Positions 53,864 to 64,000 of a stretch of 64,000 nt of DNA are shown here, one piece after another. The translations under genes and the position numbers were made by a program. The DNA is taken from positions 39,866,001-39,930,000 of the forward strand of contig NC_043010.1 of the NCBI RefSeq assembly GCF_006345805.1, given 5' to 3'. Position 1 is the first letter of the stretch; every line of letters starts with the position of its first letter. The DNA is from Octopus sinensis. Taxonomy: Eukaryota. A model generated the notes under the pieces. That model made no database searches. It was not told the DNA's origin and worked only from the letters and a program-made list of their open reading frames with translations.

Positions 53864-55793
53864 TTCTTCGACTTGAAATAATCGTCAGCCAACTCTTCGA
53901 TGAATAATGGACAAATCATATTTTGTTTTCTATACTAAATTCTACAGATAGTATAATGGAAGCATTACTCACTGGTTCATATTGACAACGCGTACTTAAG
54001 GCAAATTTTATGCAGATTGTTTTTTTTTTCTGAACCACCATAATTTATTATACGAAAGAGTGAAGTTTACTCTACACCGAACGAAAATTAGACGCATTAG
54101 TCTGAGAAAAGAATATTCAGTTCTCAACATTATTCAAACATACACATCTGTAAGAATTGCATTTTTACAATGTCCTGTCTCATTCATACCGTTATTCGTC
54201 TTCTTTTAACTTAGTTCACCTGCACTTAAATCTAACCAGCAGGAATATATTGTTTTTCAAAAATACAATTACGACGCGTAAATGCATCTGTTATATATCC
54301 CTGTGTAGGTGCCGGTTAATCAGGTTTCTACAGATACAGAGCACTAATGCGATAGCATATACCGTCACATTAACAACGGTATAAAATGTAGTTTGCTGCA
54401 AAATGTTGAGAGATTTCCAGCATACTCAGTTCAGATGAGGTGTTCTACAAACTAAAAAGCGAATATGAACAAAACAGTAACTGCAATCACATCAATCATG
54501 ATTTCTGTCCAAAGATAATATATGAGAACCGTACCAGAAGAATTATTATGTTCTGTGGAATACATTTAGCGTTTAAGACCTAGAGTATTCACAAAATGTT
54601 AACAGACTGAATGCAAATATGTACGCATATATGAGTATACGTATGAATGCTTATTCAGTCTGAAGCATCTTCTCTTAGCCCTCTGAAGTAAACCTAAGGC
54701 GCTGTTCAAAAATTTGGGGCGGCATAATATTACCCTTGCTTATGACACACACGAAAACCATTACAATTTGAGGGGAACTTGGTTTGTCTGATGCCCATGT
54801 CACGTATTAAAGCCCTCACAATGTTCACAGACTATGGAGCTACCGTAATGATGTCGGCATTTTGACACCCGGCACGAATCGTGATGATACAGTAACGCTT
54901 TTCAAATATCGAGATGGCTTTCAGAACGCCATGTAAGATATCATTCTATCAACTATTTAAACGTTATGCTCTCCAACGCCTTTAACTTTTCAGCAACACA
55001 TCCAGCTGTTCCTAAAAAAAAATCGTGAAATTTAACCTAAACACGCATGCACCCCTACTCTTACTTACATACTTTTGTATATGTGTACATACGTATTCTA
55101 AGTTACTAGCACGAATTGATTACCTGTTTGAGAATGCAAAGCGCAGAAGCTACTCCAGTTTTGGCTTGTTGATGCGGCCACTTCAGGGAGAAGAGAAACC
55201 CAGGGCACTCTACAACTGGCACTATACACCGTACTTATCGAAACGGATGACATAATGAGGTAAGTTGGCCTCAGCTGGATCGGAACGCAGTGCACAAAGG
55301 GGTAAAGCATGTACAGCAGCTCTGACGACATTGCCAACCGACAGCTTATATTGAAATGTATCAAAAAGTTTAGAATTAGAATATTTTGTTCATTGCTTCT
55401 AAACTGAAGATTCTATCTTTTGTTTCTCAGTGTTTTTACTTCTGTTTGTCACAGCGACTGTATCTAAAATTAATGTAAACACATCACATAAACCACAGAG
55501 TATTGAAAATTGAATTACAGTTGCACTTAAACCATCACCTCTGCAAACATAGAAGGAATAGAAATAACCACAGGCGTAGGAATAATTATATGCATTTTGC
55601 GGACAGTTGCACCGAAGCCATACAGTCAGCTCTCAATTATTGTTGTTTAATAGTGAGTAAATGCAAGATGTATTCTCTAGATGACAAATTAAGATCTACG
55701 TCGGTCACCTTAAAGTACATTCAAGAACAGGCATTTCCAAAAGTAGGGGCTCTTCATATCCAAGGATAACGGAAACTCGACATATATATATAT

Positions 55794-56141
55794 ATTACGT
55801 TATATAATTAGGGTTCAGTAAAAAAATTTACTTTACCACACACCGAACTTTTAGAAATAGCAGCCAAAAAATTTAGCTATTTCCTCTACTATAAGAAAAG
55901 TCTCCCAGACAAAGTATACTCAAAAATAATTCTGGGAGACTTTTCTTATAGTAGAGGAAATAGCTAAATTTTTGGGCTGCTACCTCTAAAATTTCGGTGT
56001 GTGGTAAAGTAAATTTTTTTACTGAACCCTAATTATATAACGTAATGTTTCAAATATACCGTAAATGGTCTTTTTGCATACTGAACACTACTTGGTAAAA
56101 TTATTAATTAATAATTAATTAATTTTACCCTTTTATTATTG
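55794..56141. mobile_element. Element C: fold-back fragment homologous to the array A/B unit (HHR not included)
   Basis: Inverted arms 55794-55909 / 55931-56046; shares AGTAGA.GAAATAGCTA, TTCGGT.TGTGGTAA, CTGAACCCT and TACTTGGT..AATT..AATTAATTAATTT.ACCCT with A and B; (TA)n on both sides. Confidence 0.8.
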
Positions 56142-56746
56142 ACTATATATATATATATAAATATATATATATATGTATGTATGTATGCATGTATGTATGT
56201 ATGTATGTATGTATGTATGCATGTATGTATGTATAGTGAATCCAAACACGGAAGAACAGACGTGAAAGAGCAATAACGCGAGGACATGGTACAAGTAAAG
56301 TATTATCAGACGCTCTTCAGAATTCGAACAAAGTCCCAAAAGAAGGTAAGATTGGGGAAGAAAATCGCCAACGATTCACATATGGTTACACTTTGGAAGG
56401 TAATGCTATGTAACGTCTAATACTCCTTATTATTATTATTATCATCATTATCATTATAATAATAATAATAATAATGATAATAATAATAGTTATTATAATT
56501 ATTATTATTATTATTATTGATATTATATGTATAGCCTTTTATCCTTTTTTTCAGTCATTTTTATTGCGGTCATACTAAAACACCACCTTAATATATGTGT
56601 CTGCATGTGTGTATGTACTTATTTACACAGACACACACACACACACATGCACACACACACACACATGCACACACACACACATGCACACACACACACACAT
56701 GCACACACACACACCACACACACATATATATATATATTTAGTACAC

Positions 56747-57053
56747 CGTCACTTACAATGACGAGTAGTCCAGTTGATCCGACCTGTAGATCAGCTGGCA
56801 CGTGAAATTAATGCAAAAATGGCTGAGCACTCTACAGACGCGCGTAATCTAAATGTAGGTCTCAGAGATATTGAGCGTGAAACACATAATGTGACAAGGC
56901 CGGCCCTTTGAAATGTAAGGACTATTAATATTCTTCAACTGGAGCAAGTCGGAATAAGCTGCTTTGATCAAAGACTAAACGCACTGCCGGATATTGACTT
57001 CACGACCTTATGACCCGTGAGCCGAACACCTTAAACACGGAGCCGTACGCCTT
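56747..57053 (-). mobile_element. Diverged tRNA-derived SINE
   Basis: Minus-strand head GAAGGCGTACGGCTCCGTGTTTAAGGTGTTCGGC resembles the family 2 head. Confidence 0.5.
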
Positions 57054-57058
57054 CACAA

Positions 57059-57089
<31 letters not shown>

Positions 57090-57890
57090 CACACATGCAC
57101 ACACCCAGGCATTTACGCACTCACACATACGCGCACACAAATGTATATATAAAGGAAATATGACTTGCATTCCAAAGATAAAGTCTTGCTTGACGTGAAT
57201 TAATATTGATTCTATTCGTGTTTCACTTCATAATTGGTATGCATAACCATGCATGTATATTAGAGGAAATATTTTGCTGCTCTCTTTCGGACGAATGAGC
57301 AACCTGTGAGAGTAAAAAAGAGATAAAAGAAATCAAAGATAGAGAAACATGAGCTGCAGTCGTGCATTAAAATAAAATGAGACGGACTATGCATGGAATA
57401 TATTACATATAGGCGGTGTGTTTGGATCTAATTCGATGCTTGTTTTCATATATTTATTTCAATCGTCGATCGGCAATAGCGCTTGAAATAATAATTGCTT
57501 TACAATATCGACATTAATAATATGGCAACGCCCAAAGCAAGCGAGACTCTAGAAAACTGAATACATCGTAAGTGTAGTTTTTAAAACTATATTGTTTGAT
57601 AGCTGGAATATGGACGAGAATTGTTATAACAATGGAAACAGTGTGTCCTGCCTAGTTAAAAATCAATAAATTTAAAAATGTGTTTGTTTTGCGCGCATAT
57701 ATTTCTTTTCGATTTCATTACATAAGGTGACAAACACATAGACACGCACACAAACATACAAACACACGGGCGCACGCAAGCTGCATCCACCCCAACAACC
57801 ACCCAATTACACATACACACACACACAAACCCCACACTACCTAATGACACAGACACACATATCTTTCTCTCTCTCTCTCTCTTTCAATCA

Positions 57891-57941
<51 letters not shown>

Positions 57942-58329
57942 ATCCCTGAGAGATAGAGGTTGGGGTCATATTGTTGTAAAGGATTGTAATTCGTGTCTAA
58001 TTCATTTATCTCTTTATCAACTACTAAATTTATGACTATCGACTCTGTCTATTATGAATAAAGGACAAGAGTGAGTTGACCGCTCATGGCTACGTATGGT
58101 CATAAATATTGCTCAGCCTTCATAACCACAATAACAGCATACCTCTTCATTTCTTGAGTAAGCTGAGGGTCTGCCATCATTATTTTCTGAAACAAAGATT
58201 ATACAGAGTTAGCAAAAATGCAGCAACGACACAAAAAAAAGGTATGTCCTCAAATATCTTACGCACCCTATATATATAATGTGCGGTGAGTAAACTGTCG
58301 TCTAAATTACGCAAAAACGAAAATAACAC

Positions 58330-59075
58330 TTACATCTCATTTTAACAGCTATATTTACCAAAAATTGCATTAAAATATCTTGAAATACTAAAGATTAAAT
58401 TTATTCAATAAAATCGCCATTGGCTTAAACCGCGGTCTCCAGACGACTTCGGACTCTCCTGCAACTATTCGGGACGTTCTCCTTGTTTAAGTTGGTGAAT
58501 GATGCCATAATCTTTACCTTCAGTTACTCTTTGGTACTACAAGTAATTTTGTTCGTCTCTCACTCAACTGCGCCCCACACATGATAATCAAGAGGGTTGC
58601 AGTCCGAGGAGTTAGGTGGCCAGATGTTAGGGGGGATGTGGTCGCAGAAATTGTCTGACAGCCATGACTGGATTCTTCTGCTTGTGTGACATAGGTTAGA
58701 GTCCTGTTACTAGACATAGAGTCTTCTAGCAGCCACGCACTTGACCCAGGATAACGCTACCTCCTCCAGGCACTTAATATAGGTCTCCGTGTTGAGTCTG
58801 AGGCTGTGTGGGAAGATGAAAGAAGGCATAATGTCGCCATCACTAGTGATTACTCCAAACAATATGATGTTGACGGGATATTTGGTTTCATCACATCCGG
58901 TACATGTCATAGGATTGCACTATCCTCAGATGGACACTCAAGCTTTCTGAAATGTTCGTATTGGAGCTTCCGGTTCGAATGCCAAGCGTTACAACATGTC
59001 GTTTTCATATTTCTGACAGAGTGAATTGCATCAAGGTGCTGTTTTTCTTACAGGTGCCCAACTGACCCTACTACA
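58330..59075 (-). pseudogene. Tc1/mariner (maT-like, DDxD) transposon, internally deleted relic
   Basis: Minus translation TKYPVNIILFGVITSDG...QQDS..CHTS..IQSWLSDNF...IWPPNS.DCNP.DY.VWGAVE gives the catalytic Asp motifs; a short N-terminal piece is fused directly to it. Confidence 0.8.
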
Positions 59076-59520
59076 CTGTGTAGTCGACAAAAGCAAAAAT
59101 AAAAAATACGCATGCCCGAAATTAAAAAGATAAGATGCCGAGAATATACTCATCACACCTTGGAAATGTGTGTGTATATATATATAATAATAATATACAT
59201 ATATAGTTGTGTATATGTGTGTGTGCCAGCATGTGTGTCTGTGATTTGGAGTATGTATAAATTTGTGCGTCTGTAATTCTTTGGGACAGGGAAGGTCAGA
59301 GCTAAAGACGCATATAATAATAAAGATAAAAACAAAACTCCACTTGTGGCCAAACTGGGGGCACATACACAGAATAAAGTAGACAATGATGAAGAAAAAG
59401 CCAAGAAAGAAAATAACTCGACGCTGTTTGAGTCGAAGTTGAAGAACCATTCATCATTCGCCATTAATCCGATTTTAATTAGGCTTCAGAATGTCCATGA
59501 TATTTATGTATTTACGTAGC

Positions 59521-59585
<65 letters not shown>

Positions 59586-59848
59586 CTGATGTTTTTATCT
59601 TCTCTTTTACTGCAGATAGGTTTTGTTAATTCCTTAAAACAAATTTTTAGAGATATTTTCGTTTTACCTAGCGTTCTTTAAAAGATTTTGTTGGCATTCC
59701 TGTAGTATTGAGTCTTTAAGAAATAAATTTATATAATAAATAACAGAACGACATTTATTTATGGCTTATTATTTCAGCTGAAATATATCTATTAATTCAA
59801 TTCCATATTATATAAATATGATTTATCATAATTTCAAAGATTTCACAT

Positions 59849-60059
59849 AGACGCAGGAGTGGCTGTGTGGTAAGTAGCTTGCTTACCAGCCACAGGGTTC
59901 TGGGTTCACTCCCACTGCGTGGCAACTTGAGCAAGTGTCTTCTACTATAGCCTCGGGCCGACCAAAGCCTTGTGAGTGGATTTGGTAGACGGAAACTGAA
60001 AGAAGTCCGTCGTATATATATATACGTATTTATATATATATATATATATATATATAGAT

Positions 60060-60123
<64 letters not shown>

Positions 60124-60350
60124 GGTGTGTGCGTATGATTTGTGTGTCTGTGTTTGTCCCCCCCCTACACTGCTTGACAACCGATACTGGTGTGTTTACA
60201 TCCTCGTAACTTAGCGGTTCGGCAAAAGAGACAGATAGAATAAGTACTAGGCTTACAAGGAATACGTCCTGGGGTCAATTTGTTCGAGTAAAGGTAGTGT
60301 TCCAGCATGGTCACATTCAAATGACTAAAACAAGTAAAAGAGTAAAAGAG
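59849..60350 (+). mobile_element. SINE family 1, near full length
   Basis: Same head and tail as the other copies; internal (TA)n. Confidence 0.85.
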
Positions 60351-60734
60351 TATAGGTTACAGGATTTCACTGCACAAGAAAGCGCAATTCTCTATACTTT
60401 CGGTTCAGGTATTGTTTTATCTCATTTTTGGTTATTTGAAATTTACTCTAGCTTTCATTTGTGTAGTAACTAATCATACAATATTCTATGCATTGCAGAA
60501 ATATTTCACATAGATGTCTACATATCTTTTAATCATTACGAGGATACAAGTTTATAAATATTTTATCATCATTAGGATGGCATGCTAGCAGAATCGTTAG
60601 CACACCTGTCGTTGCGTTCTGAGTTCAATTTCCGCCGAGGTCGACTTTGCCTTTCATCTTTTCGGAGTCGAGTCGATAAATTAAGTACCAATATAGGAGG
60701 TCCGATGTAGTCGGCTATTCCCTAATAGAAAAGA

Positions 60735-60780
<46 letters not shown>

Positions 60781-60784
<4 letters not shown>

Positions 60785-62165
60785 TAGTTTTATTTTTATA
60801 GCGTGCTTTCACTTCAATACCGAGCGCAGCTCTGTGTGCCTTGGGTATATGCTGTGATTTGTTGTGATGCTCTGATGGCTATTGTATGGAAAGTGTTCTG
60901 CGTAGGATGTGTGCAGTGCCTAGTAGTAGTAGTGCAATTTTCTGTATGTTATATGTGTTTGTAAGTCCTGGTGTTTTTGTTATGTATTTGTCTGAATATT
61001 TTTTTATCATGCCTAATGCACCTACTATGATAGGAATTGTTTCTGTTTTCAGATTCCACATTCTAGTTACCTCTATTTCCTCTATTTTGAGAGTTTTTCC
61101 ATTTATTTTAGAGACACGTTGTCATCTGCCGGTATTGATACATTAATTAGAAAGCATTTTTTTCTTCATGATCTCTGACAACTATATCTGGTCTGTTGGC
61201 CTTAATTTCTCTATCTGTGTGTATCGGCATATCCCAGAGTATGGTTGCTTTCTCGTTTTCTTTGACCTTTTCTGGTGTGTGCCTATACCATCTTTTTTCT
61301 GTTGTTATTCCATAATGTTGGCATAGCTTCCAATGTATGTAGGTTCCAACTCTGTCATGTCTGTGAATATATTCCTTCTTAGCCAGGACTGGGCAGCTAG
61401 AGATAATATGATTTATTGTTTCTTGTCCATCTCCACATATTCTGCAGTTACTTGTAATATTTCTTTTCATTAGATGTTTTTGGTAATTTCTGGTGGGGAG
61501 GCTTTGGTCTTGTGCTGCAATTAAAAATCCCTCTGTTTCTGCTTTGAGTCCTGAGCTTCTCAACCATTGCTGGGATTTTTCTTTGTCTATTTCTTTTGCG
61601 TTTAGTTTAGTCCAGTATTTACCATGAAGGGGCTTTTCTTGCCATCGTTTTATCATGGTTCGTTGCTGTTCTATTTTTAGTTTGGATTTCATTTGTTTTA
61701 TAGCTTTTGTTGTTTCTTCATCTTCTTCTTCTTCTTCATGTTTATTAGGTGGTATGATTTCTTGTTTGTATTTGTCAGCTTCCTTAAATACTGAGAACAG
61801 TTTTTTGTTTTGCTCGTGTTTTGCCGCTATCTGGATCAGTTTTCCTTCCTTCTGAAGTAGATATTTTTGTAGTCCTATGGTGGTTATTCTATAGTAGTTT
61901 TCCAGCTGTATAAGGCCTCTACCATCTTCTATACGTTGTATATATAGTCTTTCTATGTCAGATTTTGGGTGATGCATCCTAGATCCTGTCATTATTTTTC
62001 TTGTTTTCCTATCTATTTTGGTCAGTTCATTTCGTGTCCAGTTAAGGATATTGTAGCTGTAACTTATAACTGGAACAGCTAAAGTGTTGATACCTATGAT
62101 CTTGTTTTTAGCATTGATCTCTGTTTTTAGTATTGATCTAACTCGTCTATAATATTTAGCGTCTA
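60781..62165 (-). mobile_element. 5'-truncated Dong/R4-clade non-LTR retrotransposon in a (TAA)n tract
   Basis: The ORF has a post-RT region, a CCHC knuckle and a restriction-like endonuclease start; (ATT)n runs at about 60740-60780 and 62166-62250. Confidence 0.85.
60879..62165 (-). pseudogene. R4/Dong ORF C-terminus (thumb, CCHC, REL endonuclease), frameshifted near 61150
   Basis: GRGLIQLE; KPLHGKY; LKAETEGFLIAAQDQSLPTRNY; CRICGDGQETINHIISSC; RHDRV; ILWDMPIHTDREIKANRPDIVV; then IPIIVGALG..IQKIALL..LGTAHILRRTL in another frame. Confidence 0.88.
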
Positions 62166-62221
<56 letters not shown>

Positions 62222-63226
62222 TATTATTATTGTTATATTATTATTATTATTACTGAGAAAGAGAGTCATGCATGGCATCAAAGTGACACTTCCGTAAAGT
62301 CGGTGCCCCCGCTTTTTTATGCTAGTTTAGTGCATTCATTTAAGAGATGGTAAATAATAGCATCTCTCCCCAAATTTCAGGCACTGGTCCTGAAATTTAG
62401 GGAAAGGGGATTAATCGATTACATGGAATCCACTGCTCAAACTTTACAGATCCCGAAAGAATGAACGCCAAAGCCCACCTGACCGAAAACTGAACTCACA
62501 GATTAAAAACCGGAGGATATACCGCTAAATATGTTCTCCGACGCAATACATCGTCCGCCAGATCACCGCATTCATTCTATTGTTGGTATTCAAATATTCC
62601 TTTTCACCAGAAGAGGCATGTCGATATCAGCGACGCCAGTAATCGTCTGCTATTTTATTGTTTCAGTAAAGAAACGAAAGGTATAATCTGTGGGATTTGG
62701 CTCTCAGAATGTATAGAGTTGGAAGAAATATGTATGTTTTTGTGCCCGTGTATATTTGTTTATCACTTTCTCTGTGCGAGTATTTATACAATGCCAGGGT
62801 CGTCCATCAGATTCTTCTACAGCCAAAAGCTCAGAAACCAAGTTTGTGCCTGTCTGGTATTACAAAGAGTTTTTCTTGCACACTATCAATACACGGTGTG
62901 TAAACATCAGACTGACAAGCAAGTGGACAAGATGAAATAAACTGCTACAAGCTATTGTAATTATTAGCTAACAATACCGATCGTTAATATAAATGGATAT
63001 ACATCTGTGTATATATATATGTGTGTGCGTGTGTGTGTATAGATATAGATATGATATATATAAACACAAGTATGCGTGTACATAGACTGTATATAATATA
63101 CAGTTATATGTATACATATATATATATATGTATAAATATATATATATATTATATATTATATATATATAATATATATATATATGCATATCTATGCGCACTT
63201 ACACACACACTACACTCACACACATG

Positions 63227-63264
<38 letters not shown>

Positions 63265-63330
63265 CAGATGTATATATCATATCCATTTGTATTGACGTTG
63301 GTTAGCTAATACATACATATATATATATAT

Positions 63331-63417
<87 letters not shown>

Positions 63418-64000
63418 TATGTGTATATGTGTGTAAAAGACTTACAGATTTATAAAATATAAAATTACCAAATAAATAGGCAGCACTTCTAATGCCCACG
63501 TAAATGTGGTAGTACTCCAGAATATTGTAGGAACGAGAATTTCTCTACTAAGAACGTAGCATCTATTGATTGAGTTCAGCGCTACGTACATGGACGCGTG
63601 TATTATATTGCTTCAACAGCAAACAGAAAAATCCTGGCTCCTATGAAGTATCAAATTGAATATTGAAAACTATTCTGATATTCTGTAGAAGCGCCATGTT
63701 TAAACTTGAATACGATGTTATGAAAAAAATCATGAAAACAAAACTGAAACAAAGAGAACATTCCGACTGGAATGCTAATCTTAGAAAGTTTTCTCAATCA
63801 CTTAACCTCGCAAAATATTTGGATAAACTCCAGCACACATGTATTATACCACACAAGGATCTATAATGAAAATATTCGCTGAAATTAGTTTGAAAAGAAA
63901 GCTAGTTCTAACAGATAATACCCAATAACTATCTAAACAGAACGACACGGAAGATATTCTTTATGCCACGTATGTCTTGTATCTCACACAAGTTTAGAAA

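Noticed and set aside
55318-55365. CTGACGA...GAAATGTATC
   Set aside because: Helix I does not pair, helix II is weak, and it adjoins a SINE fragment.

Overview
AT-rich, gene-poor, repeat-saturated animal DNA. The tRNA-derived SINE families and the dense (TA)n/(GATA)n/(CA)n microsatellites look like octopus/coleoid cephalopod (inference from repeat content, not a search). I found no host protein-coding gene; almost all listed ORFs are microsatellite artefacts. Recognisable transposon remains: a Dong/R4-clade LINE in (TAA)n, a Tx1/L1-type zf-RVT fragment, a CR1/L2-type RT fragment, Tc1, mariner and maT-like transposase relics, a non-autonomous Helitron carrying a 116-bp satellite, and many SINEs. 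The main result is a cluster of type I hammerhead ribozymes (HHRs) read directly from the sequence. About eight sequence-distinct HHR-bearing repeat families sit in these 64 kb, mostly next to or inside (TA)n tracts. They include two tandem arrays with one HHR per unit (about 563 nt, and 598-604 nt x4), monomer-plus-inverted-arm insertions (360 nt with a rare U3-A8 core; about 486 nt), and HHRs with very long helix II. Several share a non-ribozyme motif/hairpin 37-58 nt upstream of a junction with (TA)n. This fits a diversified family of non-autonomous Penelope-like/retrozyme (circular RNA) retroelements; catalytic activity, circularisation and novelty are untested. All pairings were done by eye; element boundaries are approximate.
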